Assembly (NCBI GenBank): GCA_016192705.1
Contig: JACPTQ010000014.1
Location: forward strand, 15,503-79,502
From: Deltaproteobacteria bacterium
Lineage (GTDB): Bacteria; Myxococcota; JACPTQ01
DNA: 64,000 nucleotides
Reading direction: 5' to 3'
The notes under the pieces were generated by a model. The model was given only the letters and a program-made list of their open reading frames with translations. It did not search any database and was not told the origin of the DNA. A program made the position numbers and the translations under genes. Of this stretch, positions 27,775 to 35,927 are shown in pieces (position 1 is the first letter of the stretch; each line of letters begins with the position of its first letter).

Positions 27775-29110
27775 ACGGGAACGAAACGACCGACTGACAC
27801 GCCGCCTGTGGGAAGATCCAGCGCGTCACCTGGCCGCGAATGCACCCTTCAACGTTTGCATTCCGCATCGAGCTCGATTCAACCGACGAGCGCTGAACGC
27901 GTCCCTCGGGGCTTATCGTCCAGTTGATAACGATCTTGCCAGCGATTTTCGGGTCACGTTGCAGCTCTTTCTCGTAACAAAACTGAACGCCCGCTTTGTG
28001 CGCCATAACCACGCGCGAGATCTGACCCTTGTTCAAGCAGTTCGATTCATCCGCCTGCGGCGCCTCGGTCCTGAAAACGACGTTCGACTGCTTCTTGCTG
28101 CCGATGCGCGCGCGCACCCCGCGGCCGCCGCCCGTGTCGACGTTCGCCGTGCCCCACACGCGCCCCCAGCCCGTTCCGCCACCGCCCGTCCCGGTTCCCT
28201 TCGTGCTCCAGCCGCCCGACCCGTGCCCCATCACGAACTCGTTCCCAGTGCCGTTCATGGCCGCCGACAGCTGATTCCCAAACCCTTGCGTGTTCGAGTC
28301 GAAGACGTCTTTCAACGCCCCGCCGACCGCGTTCGAATTGAGCGACCCGAGCGCGCCGATCTTCGTGACGTTGATCTGGATCGGACGCTTGTCCTCGGGA
28401 ATTTTCGTCTTGATGTGTTTCGGCTTGTCCTTTTCGCCGGCCTTGCCTTCCTTGCCCATGTGGCGCTTGCCGACGTTTTCCTTTTTGACCGCCTCAGGCA
28501 TTTTCTCTTCCTTGGGCGGTGGCGGCGTCGCCTGCGTTGGGATGAACTGCATGATGCGCTGCTGAATCGCCGTCCCCGAATCGAGAATGTTCGGGTCCCA
28601 GAGCGTTCGCGCGAGGAACATCACAACCCCGAACACGACCGCGCAAATCGTCAAGATGACGACAAGCTGCGTGTCGGTCACGAGGCCGGTCTTTTTCAGC
28701 TTGTCGACCTTTGGCGTCGACTGAAAGAAGAACCCGACGTCGCCGAGCGTCACCAGGCCCCAGTCTTTGGGTCCAAGCGCAATTTCCCAACCGCCGTTGC
28801 TGCGCCCGCCGTCGCCCGATTTCTTCAAATACTCCTTGAGCGGAACGCTCTCTTCGCCGACGGTGAGTTTTCCACCCATTTCGTCGGCGACATGCAGCGT
28901 GTAACTTCCGCCGCTCGTCGGCTTAAGGAGATTCCACGAGGCGGGCATCGACTGGGTCGGCACGGTAAACGTGTTCTTCACGTCCTCGCCGATCGTCACC
29001 ACAGCGGAATCGTGCTTAAACGTTCGTTCGTCGACGACGTTTCCGTGCCAAAGCATCGCGACGCGGAGGTCGGTGGGCACGTTCGATTTCACTTGTTCCG
29101 GGCTCGCCAT
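27749..29110 (-). CDS. membrane protein with Lys/Pro-rich linker and AgmX/PglI-type (TonB-C-like) Cys-containing C-terminal domain
   Basis: Single TM helix (LVVILTICAVVFGVVMFLA), Lys/Pro/Glu-rich then Gly-rich linker, C-terminal ..VQFCYEKEL..GKIVINWTISPEGRV..VEGCIRGQVTRWIFPQ.. with two conserved Cys; a similar C-terminal module occurs in the 39775-41103 protein. Confidence 0.5.
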   Translation of the reverse strand: MASPEQVKSNVPTDLRVAMLWHGNVVDERTFKHDSAVVTIGEDVKNTFTVPTQSMPASWNLLKPTSGGSYTLHVADEMGGKLTVGEESVPLKEYLKKSGDGGRSNGGWEIALGPKDWGLVTLGDVGFFFQSTPKVDKLKKTGLVTDTQLVVILTICAVVFGVVMFLARTLWDPNILDSGTAIQQRIMQFIPTQATPPPPKEEKMPEAVKKENVGKRHMGKEGKAGEKDKPKHIKTKIPEDKRPIQINVTKIGALGSLNSNAVGGALKDVFDSNTQGFGNQLSAAMNGTGNEFVMGHGSGGWSTKGTGTGGGGTGWGRVWGTANVDTGGGRGVRARIGSKKQSNVVFRTEAPQADESNCLNKGQISRVVMAHKAGVQFCYEKELQRDPKIAGKIVINWTISPEGRVQRSSVESSSMRNANVEGCIRGQVTRWIFPQAACQSVVSFPFVFKSALD

Positions 29111-29250
29111 GGCTCATTCACCTCATCACCGAAGTGGCACCTTGCTGGGTCCCCAAAAAGCAGACAAGGCACCAGTCCAAAATAATTGTATACCACATCT
29201 AAGGACGTGGGAGAACAGCAAAAGATCTGCGGGCGGAGGTCGTTTTAGCC

Positions 29251-29940
29251 GTGGAAATTATTAGGGGTTTTGTCAACACCATTCTTTTCTTGAGCCTCAC
29301 CGCGATTTGGGCAACCGTTGCGTTCGTTTCGTTGCCGTTTGCGCCCGGCGGCCACGGGCTCCTCTTCTGCTCGTTTTTGTGGGGACGAACGGCGTTGCCG
29401 CTCTGCGGGGTGCGTGTCGAGCTCCGCGGCGCCGAGAATTTGCCATCGGGCTCGATGATTCTGATGCCAAACCACGCGTCGAACATCGACGTGCCGTGCC
29501 TCATGTCGGTCATTCGCAACATCCGATTCGTGACGAAGCACACGATTAAATGGATTCCTGTTTTTGGATGGGGGCTCTGGCTTGCGGGGTTTGTGTTCGT
29601 TAACCGCAAAAATCGCGCGAGCGCGATCAAGAGCCTCGCGGTTGCGGCAAAGCGGATTCGGCGTCATGGGCACACGACCGTGATTTTTCCCGAGGGGACG
29701 CGAAGCCGAGATGGACGGCTCGGCGCGTTTAAGAAGGGGGGCTTTGTGCTCGCGATGGAGGCGAAGGTGCCCGTCGTTCCCGTGCGGGTACGCGGAACGC
29801 GCGGCGTTCTTCCGAAGGGGAGCGCGCTCATTCGGCCGGGGCGCGTGACGATTGATGTGGGTGAGCCGGTCGACGTTGCGATGTGCGAAACGAAGGAAGA
29901 GCTGATGGACCGCGTGCGTGCGGCTCTAGAGGGTTGCTGA
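29251..29940 (+). CDS. plsC: 1-acyl-sn-glycerol-3-phosphate acyltransferase
   Basis: Acyltransferase motifs NHxSxxD (MPNHASNIDVP) and FPEGTRS. Confidence 0.8.
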   Translation: MEIIRGFVNTILFLSLTAIWATVAFVSLPFAPGGHGLLFCSFLWGRTALPLCGVRVELRGAENLPSGSMILMPNHASNIDVPCLMSVIRNIRFVTKHTIKWIPVFGWGLWLAGFVFVNRKNRASAIKSLAVAAKRIRRHGHTTVIFPEGTRSRDGRLGAFKKGGFVLAMEAKVPVVPVRVRGTRGVLPKGSALIRPGRVTIDVGEPVDVAMCETKEELMDRVRAALEGC

Positions 29941-30081
29941 AAAACGCCCATCTGCGGCGTTGGCGCGTCGCCGCTCGCTTCCGCGTATATCTGAATACAG
30001 CGTCAGCTCGCGGCTTTTCGCGCCTGCCTTGCATCTGGACGTTTTTGAGCAACCTCCCCAAACCACATTCCCCGCACCCTG

Positions 30082-30621
30082 TTACGGCGCCAAGTGGATC
30101 GTGACGCGAGAGCCAACGCGGATGCGGTTTTCGTCTGCGAAGCCGCCGTTCACTTCGATGACGTAGCGCGAGGGGCGGCCAACGCCACGCGAGGTTTCGT
30201 CGTGCGGTGTCGCGCGTTTGACAATACCGACGACGCGGTGTGCGCTGTCGACAAAAATCATGTCAAGCGGAATGAAGGTGTTTTTCATCCAAAACGTGTG
30301 CTGGTCCTCGCGGTCGAACAGAAACAGCATTCCATGGTGCGCTTCGAGAGATTTTTTGTGCATGAGGCCGCGGGCGCGCGCGGCGTCATCGGCGGCGACA
30401 TCAACTGTAACAACGAGATCGCTGTCGCCTTCGCGATGAAACGTGACGGAGGGCGCGGGTGCCGGCTCGGGTGCTTTTGAACCTTGCGGTTCCCGCGGAG
30501 CCAGCGATGTCCTTGAAGTCTGCGCGTCCGAGACGCCGTTTGTCGAACGACAGGCGGGCAGAAATTGAACATGCACCACAGAGACACAGAGAACCACAGA
30601 GCGCGGAAACACAGAGGGCAT
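30082..30621 (-). CDS. DUF192 (COG1430) family secreted protein
   Basis: Signal/lipoprotein-like N-terminus; core ..FWMKNTFIPLDMIFVD..G.V characteristic of DUF192. Confidence 0.55.
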   Translation of the reverse strand: MPSVFPRSVVLCVSVVHVQFLPACRSTNGVSDAQTSRTSLAPREPQGSKAPEPAPAPSVTFHREGDSDLVVTVDVAADDAARARGLMHKKSLEAHHGMLFLFDREDQHTFWMKNTFIPLDMIFVDSAHRVVGIVKRATPHDETSRGVGRPSRYVIEVNGGFADENRIRVGSRVTIHLAP

Positions 30622-30671
30622 GGGGGCACACTAGCGTTGCGCCGGGCGCGCGATCAAACGAGAATGTCGGG

Positions 30672-31529
30672 ATGAAGGAATTTGACGAAGTGCTTGAAGT
30701 GATGCGGCGATTGCTCGCGCCGGATGGGTGCCCGTGGGATCGCGAGCAGACGCTCACGACGCTGCGGACGTACGTGCTTGAGGAAACGTACGAGGTGCTT
30801 GAGGCGATCGATAAGGGCGATGCGGCGCACCACTGCGAAGAGTTGGGCGATCTGCTCTTTCAAGTCGTGTTTCAGGCGGCGCTCTGCGAGCGCGATGGGG
30901 CGTTCGGGATGGCGGATGTTTGTCGGGCGATTGTCGAGAAGTTGGTGCGGCGGCATCCGCACGTGTTTGGCGACGTCAAGGTGAAGGATGCGGACGAGGC
31001 GTATCGGAATTGGGAGAAGTTGAAGGCGAAGGAGAGGGAGGAGAAGAAAAAGGCGGGTAAGAAAAAAGAAGCGGTTGCGGGTGCGGGTGCGGGTGCGGGC
31101 GCGGGCGCGGATGCGGGCGCGGGCGGGCACCCGAGTGCGCTGGACGGCGTGCCGAAGGATTTGCCGGCTCTCCTTAGGGCGCTTCGTGTGCAGGAAAAGG
31201 CGGGGCGTGTGGGGTTCGACTGGAATCACGAGGACGACGTCATCGCAAAAGTCGCGGAAGAGGCGCGCGAATTGGTTGTCGAGCTCGCGCGCGGGAACGC
31301 GCCGCGTGCCGAGGAGGAGCTTGGCGACATGCTCTTTTCGATCGTGAATGTCGCGCGGCGCAAAGGCCTCAACCCCGAAGACGCGCTTCGGGGCGCGGTC
31401 GGGCGTTTCTCGACGCGGTTTCGGTACATCGAGGCGGCACTCGCCCGTCGTGGCGAACGGTGCGAGGACAAAACGCTCGCTGAGCTCGACGCGATGTGGG
31501 ACGAAGCGAAGCGCGCGGGGAAGCGATGA
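30672..31529 (+). CDS. mazG: nucleoside triphosphate pyrophosphohydrolase MazG (tandem MazG domains with low-complexity linker)
   Basis: N-terminal ..LLAPDGCPWDREQT..L..Y..EE.YEV and second MazG-like EExGDxLF segment; internal Lys/Glu and (Ala-Gly)n linker. Confidence 0.8.
   Translation: MKEFDEVLEVMRRLLAPDGCPWDREQTLTTLRTYVLEETYEVLEAIDKGDAAHHCEELGDLLFQVVFQAALCERDGAFGMADVCRAIVEKLVRRHPHVFGDVKVKDADEAYRNWEKLKAKEREEKKKAGKKKEAVAGAGAGAGAGADAGAGGHPSALDGVPKDLPALLRALRVQEKAGRVGFDWNHEDDVIAKVAEEARELVVELARGNAPRAEEELGDMLFSIVNVARRKGLNPEDALRGAVGRFSTRFRYIEAALARRGERCEDKTLAELDAMWDEAKRAGKR
31077..31124 (+). repeat. hexanucleotide tandem repeat (GCGGGY)x8 inside mazG, encoding an (Ala-Gly)n linker
   Basis: Eight consecutive GCGGGT/GCGGGC/GCGGAT units read directly from the sequence. 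Confidence 0.9.
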
Positions 31530-31548
31530 TGCGTGAAGGCCAAGTCCG

Positions 31549-32517
31549 TTGAGGCCAACCGAACGTCGGTTGCTGATAACGGGGGCAAATGGCTTTGTTG
31601 GTCGGCATCTTTGTGCCGAGAGCATCAAGCGGGGATGGCAAGTCCGGGCCGCTTTGCGTTCGGCGGCTTCGGTTTGTTCGGGCGCCGAATCGGTCGTTGT
31701 TGGTCAAATTGATGAGCAAACCGACTGGACCAACGCACTTCGCGACGTGGATACGATTATCCACCTTGCCGCACGGGTGCATGTCATGCGCGACGACGCC
31801 GATGATCCGCTTCGCGAGTACCGCCGGTTCAATACGCGCGCCACGGAGCGATTGGCACGTTGCGCGGCCGCGGCGGCCGTGAAGCGGCTTGTGTTCGTGA
31901 GCACAATCAAAGTGAACGGCGAGGAGACGCTCGGTGGGCACCGGTACAAGGAGAGCGATGCGCCCGCTCCGCAGGATTCGTATGGAGTCTCGAAGTGGGA
32001 AGCGGAGGAGGCGATTCGCCGCGTCGCCGAGAAAACGAAACTGCAGGCCGTCATTGTGCGGTCGCCTCTGGCGTACGGCGCAGGCGTGAAGGGTAATTTC
32101 AAACAGATGCTCAACGTGCTGGCGAGAGGGATTCCGCTGCCCTTCGCGTCTGTGCGCAATTTGCGCAGTTTCGTCTCGGTCGGAAATCTGGTCGACGCGC
32201 TCGTTGCTTGTGCGTCACATCCCGCGGCGGCCGGGCAAACCTATCTCTTGAGCGATGGCGATGACATTTCAACCCCCGAGCTCCTTCGTCAGTTGGGCGC
32301 CGCGCTGGGGCATCCGGCTCGCCTGCTTCCCTGCCCTCCCGCTTTGTTGAGGCTCGTGGGTCGTTTGACCGGCCGGTCAGATCAGGTCGAACGCCTGCTC
32401 GGGTCGCTGCAGATCGACAGCGATAAGATCCGCCGCGAACTTCAATGGGCGCCGCCCGTCAACTTGCAAGACGGATTGCGGCAAACGGCGGAGTGGTATC
32501 AAAGGACGGATCCGTGA
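31549..32517 (+). CDS. NAD-dependent sugar epimerase/dehydratase (extended SDR)
   Basis: TGANGFVG Rossmann motif, YxxxK (YGVSKWEAE); TTG start in the ORF track, exact start uncertain. Confidence 0.75.
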   Translation: MRPTERRLLITGANGFVGRHLCAESIKRGWQVRAALRSAASVCSGAESVVVGQIDEQTDWTNALRDVDTIIHLAARVHVMRDDADDPLREYRRFNTRATERLARCAAAAAVKRLVFVSTIKVNGEETLGGHRYKESDAPAPQDSYGVSKWEAEEAIRRVAEKTKLQAVIVRSPLAYGAGVKGNFKQMLNVLARGIPLPFASVRNLRSFVSVGNLVDALVACASHPAAAGQTYLLSDGDDISTPELLRQLGAALGHPARLLPCPPALLRLVGRLTGRSDQVERLLGSLQIDSDKIRRELQWAPPVNLQDGLRQTAEWYQRTDP

Positions 32518-32528
32518 TCCCCTACGCA

Positions 32529-33491
32529 CCCATGGTCGCCGTCGTGGTCACTTTGCTCTTCACCACCGTTATTTTACGCACGGGGTTGGGCAAGAAGGTC
32601 CAAGATGTTCCGAACGCGCGCTCGCTGCATGTCGCCCCCATTCCGCGCATCGGTGGTCTCGGCATCATGGCTGGCCTGTTGTGCGGTTGGGCTTTGATGA
32701 TAACGTCGCTGTCGTGGTGGGTCGTGGTGCCCCTCATCGGGTTGTTCGGTGTTTCGCTGCTCGATGATATGCGCGGGTTGCCAGTCTACGCGCGTTTGCT
32801 CGCGCACCTTGGCGCCGCGGCGATTCTCGTCGGTGGCTCCTTTCTCTTCACCTCCAAAGACGTTGTCATGGCGGTGGCGACGTTTTTGTTTTCGGTGTGG
32901 ATGACGAATCTTTTTAATTTCATGGATGGCTCAGATGGATTGGCCGGCGGAATGGCGCTCTGTGGCTTCGGGCTGTATGGAACGGCCGCTCTGATGAGGC
33001 AGAACGATGCGTTTGCGATGCTGAATTTCACCATCGGCGCGGCGGCCCTCGGGTTTCTGTTCAAGAACTTTCATCCTGCGAAAGTCTTTATGGGCGATGC
33101 GGGCTCGATTCCGCTCGGGTTCCTTGCGGCGGCCATGGGGTTGTGGGGATGGCAAGAGGCGGTTTGGAGCGCCTGGTTCCCGCTGCTCATCTTCTCACCG
33201 TTCATCGTCGATGCCAGTGTGACGTTGCTTAAGCGGGGCGTGCGTGGGGTGAAGATCACGGAGGCGCATCGTGAACATTATTATCAACGTCTGATTCAGA
33301 TGGGCTGGGGACATCGTAACGTTGCGCTGGTCGAGTATGCCGTGATGCTGGGCGTTGGGGTGTCGGCGCTCGCCGCCTTGAATCAAGAGTTTCCGTTGGT
33401 CGTATTGGCCGTGTGGAGCGGCGTTTATGCTCTGCTCATGTTGTCGATTGATGTCGCGTGGAGACGGTTTGAACGGGAGCGGAATGCTTAA
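32529..33491 (+). CDS. polyprenyl-phosphate N-acetylhexosamine-1-phosphate transferase (WecA/WbpL/MraY family)
   Basis: Polytopic membrane protein with NLFNFMDGSDGLAGG and VFMGDAGS motifs. Confidence 0.8.
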   Translation, partial: PMVAVVVTLLFTTVILRTGLGKKVQDVPNARSLHVAPIPRIGGLGIMAGLLCGWALMITSLSWWVVVPLIGLFGVSLLDDMRGLPVYARLLAHLGAAAILVGGSFLFTSKDVVMAVATFLFSVWMTNLFNFMDGSDGLAGGMALCGFGLYGTAALMRQNDAFAMLNFTIGAAALGFLFKNFHPAKVFMGDAGSIPLGFLAAAMGLWGWQEAVWSAWFPLLIFSPFIVDASVTLLKRGVRGVKITEAHREHYYQRLIQMGWGHRNVALVEYAVMLGVGVSALAALNQEFPLVVLAVWSGVYALLMLSIDVAWRRFERERNA

Positions 33492-35340
33492 TTTGAACCG
33501 CTTTACGGTGCTGGCGGTGCTGCACGATTTTCTAGCGGCTGGTGCGGCGTGGGCGGGCGCTTACTTGTTGCGCTTCAATTTTGATCTGCAGTCGCCCTAC
33601 GACAGTGAAATGTTAAATACCGTCCTATGGGTGGCGCCGCTGCAGTCGGTCGTTTTTGTGAGCATGGGCCTTTATCGTGGCATCTGGCGGTACGCAAGCA
33701 TGGCCGACCTGCGACGCATCTTCGTGGCGGTCATGCTGGCTTCCACGTTGATTCCGCTCGTGCTCTTGATGTTTCGCGTCGAAGCCGTTGCGCCGCGGTC
33801 CGTGCTCATCATCGACCCGATCCTCCTTTTGTTGGGAATGGGCGGCGACCGGCTGCTTTACCGACTTTGGAAAGAACGGGCGTTGCTGAGCGACACCAAG
33901 CGGAAGGGAGCGCCGGTCCTGGTTCTTGGCGCTGGACAGTCGGGCGTGGGGTTGTCGAAGGATCTTGCGTTGAGCAGCGAGTGGCATCAGGTCGGGTTCC
34001 TTGATGATGACGACGACAAGCAGGGGCGGATATTGAACGGCATCAAGGTTCTGGGGAAACTGGAGAGTCTTTCATATTGGGCGAAGCGTTTTCGGATTGC
34101 GCAAGTCATCATTGCGATGCCGTCGGCCAACCCCGCGGAACGGAAGCGGGCCATCGATCTCGCGAACACAAGCGGTGTCAAGGCGCTGACTGTGCCGACG
34201 TTCGAAGACCTTTTGAGTGGGCGTGTCTCTGTTTCGAAATTGCGGGCTGTGGAATTGGACGACCTGCTCGGACGAGATCCGGTGAGACTGAACGATGTCG
34301 GGTTGAACGAGCTCTTGACCGACAAGGTCGTGCTGGTCACCGGCGCGGGGGGGTCGATTGGGTCTGAGCTGTGTCGCCAGATCTTGCGGTTTAAGCCCAA
34401 GGAACTCGTGCTGTTTGAAGCCAATGAATTCGCGCTTTACAACATCGAACAGGAGTTTGAGCAGGCTCCTTCGCAATCGGAGCGAACCTATTTGATCGGT
34501 GATGTGCGCGACGAGGTGCGACTTGAGCAGTTGTTCGACGAACATCGACCCAGCGCCGTTTTCCATGCGGCGGCGTACAAACATGTTCCGCTTATGGAGC
34601 GCCACAACGCTTGGCAGGCGGTGCGGAACAATGTGTGGGGCACCTGGCGCGTCGCGAACTGCGCGAAAAGGCACGGCGTCGAGAAGTTTGTGCTCGTGTC
34701 CACGGACAAGGCGGTCAATCCCACGAACGTGATGGGAGCGACAAAGCGAATGGCTGAGATGGTTTGCCAGGGGTTGCAGGAGGAGGGCGGGACGCGGTTC
34801 GTCCTCGTGCGCTTCGGCAATGTGCTTGGCAGCAACGGCAGCGTGATTCCAAAATTTCGCTCCCAGATTGCGAGAGGTGGGCCGGTCACCGTGACGCATC
34901 CCGAAATCACGCGTTTCTTCATGTCGATTCCTGAAGCCGCGCAATTGGTCATGCAAGCCGGTTACATGGGCCGGGGCGGCGAAATATTCGTGCTCGATAT
35001 GGGTGAGCCGGTCAAGATCGTCGATCTCGCGCGCGATCTGATCCGCCTTTCCGGACTGGGCGAGGACGACATCAAGATCGAATTTGTCGGTTTGCGGCCC
35101 GGTGAGAAGCTGTACGAGGAGCTGCTCGCCGACAATGAGCACACGCTCCCGACGCCCCATCCCAAGCTGCGCGTCGCCGAGTCCGGTCAAGTCCAGGTTG
35201 AGTGGATGGCCGAGGTATCGAAATGGCTGGAGCACGAAGTCGAGCGGAGCGACGAAGAAGTTCGGGCGGTGCTGAGCAAATGGATTCCAGAGGCGCGGCT
35301 TGCGATCTATAATCCGAGGCACCATGACAAAGGGAATTGA
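33484..35340 (+). CDS. membrane-anchored UDP-sugar 4,6-dehydratase (PglF/CapD/WbpM family)
   Basis: N-terminal TM helices, two Rossmann-like segments (VLVLGAGQSG.., VLVTGAGGSIGSEL), YxxxK (AAAYKHVPL), C-terminal CapD-like region. ATG 33484 overlaps upstream stop by 8 nt. Confidence 0.8.
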   Translation: MLNLNRFTVLAVLHDFLAAGAAWAGAYLLRFNFDLQSPYDSEMLNTVLWVAPLQSVVFVSMGLYRGIWRYASMADLRRIFVAVMLASTLIPLVLLMFRVEAVAPRSVLIIDPILLLLGMGGDRLLYRLWKERALLSDTKRKGAPVLVLGAGQSGVGLSKDLALSSEWHQVGFLDDDDDKQGRILNGIKVLGKLESLSYWAKRFRIAQVIIAMPSANPAERKRAIDLANTSGVKALTVPTFEDLLSGRVSVSKLRAVELDDLLGRDPVRLNDVGLNELLTDKVVLVTGAGGSIGSELCRQILRFKPKELVLFEANEFALYNIEQEFEQAPSQSERTYLIGDVRDEVRLEQLFDEHRPSAVFHAAAYKHVPLMERHNAWQAVRNNVWGTWRVANCAKRHGVEKFVLVSTDKAVNPTNVMGATKRMAEMVCQGLQEEGGTRFVLVRFGNVLGSNGSVIPKFRSQIARGGPVTVTHPEITRFFMSIPEAAQLVMQAGYMGRGGEIFVLDMGEPVKIVDLARDLIRLSGLGEDDIKIEFVGLRPGEKLYEELLADNEHTLPTPHPKLRVAESGQVQVEWMAEVSKWLEHEVERSDEEVRAVLSKWIPEARLAIYNPRHHDKGN

Positions 35341-35519
35341 ACGTTGGAAGAGTCAGGCGACGTGGCAGGGGATGCAGGCGCTGGGTGCGGGGCTTGGGAG
35401 CGCGGCGTTGTTCGCGTGGGTGCACTGGATACCGGGTGTCGGCGCGGGCGTTTTCGCGGGGTATCTCGCGTACCGCTGGTTCATGTTTCGTGCGCGCCAC
35501 GGCCTTCGGTTTTAGCGTC

Positions 35520-35927
35520 ATGCGAAGCACCTGCTTGCTCGTCGCCGTCGCCGCGGCGGTGGCGTCGTGTAAATCTGGGGATGGGGGCGTGCGGGTTTCA
35601 CGCGAGGGGGTTGGGTATGCGCTGTCGCTGAGTCACGCGAAGACCGCGCCCAACCAATCGGCAGCGGCGAATCTGCGCGTTGTGGGACGCCAAGGCTTCA
35701 AGATAAACGTCCCGTATCCACATACGGTCGTGGAGTTTTCGACATCGGGCGGGGTTGACGTTCGGCCAACGTTTGACGCCCGCTGTGCCGTTTCAGGCGC
35801 GCGCGGGCGCGGGGACGGTGGGGGTGAGCGTTAAGTTCAGCGTGTGCAACGACACCGAGTGCCTCACCCCGACCGAGACGTTCGAGTGGAGGCCGCTCGA
35901 AAGTGAAACCCGAGCTCGCTGAGAAGA
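35520..35927 (+). pseudogene. DsbD-N (alpha-domain)-like lipoprotein with apparent frameshift
   Basis: Frame-3 ORF begins with lipoprotein-like signal MRSTCLLVAVAAAVASC. The C-terminal conserved block ..AGAGTVGVSVKFSVCNDTECLTPTETF.. (C-x5-C-x-(P/T)P, like DsbD alpha) is in frame 1 and ends at the TGA overlapping uvrC. The frames must be joined by an indel near 35735-35790. Confidence 0.4.

Noticed and set aside
29127-29141. TGGCAC..TTGC-like sequence suggesting a sigma-54 promoter (a sigma-54 regulator is encoded in the window)
   Set aside because: GG-to-GC spacing is about 8 bp instead of the 10 bp of the -24/-12 consensus; other TGGCAC occurrences (41206, 41295) also lack a correctly spaced TTGC.
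29943-29961. Hairpin AACGCC-N7-GGCGTT just after the plsC stop as an intrinsic terminator
   Set aside because: Short 6-bp stem and no downstream T-rich tract; in a high-GC genome such hairpins are frequent by chance, so not listed as a feature.
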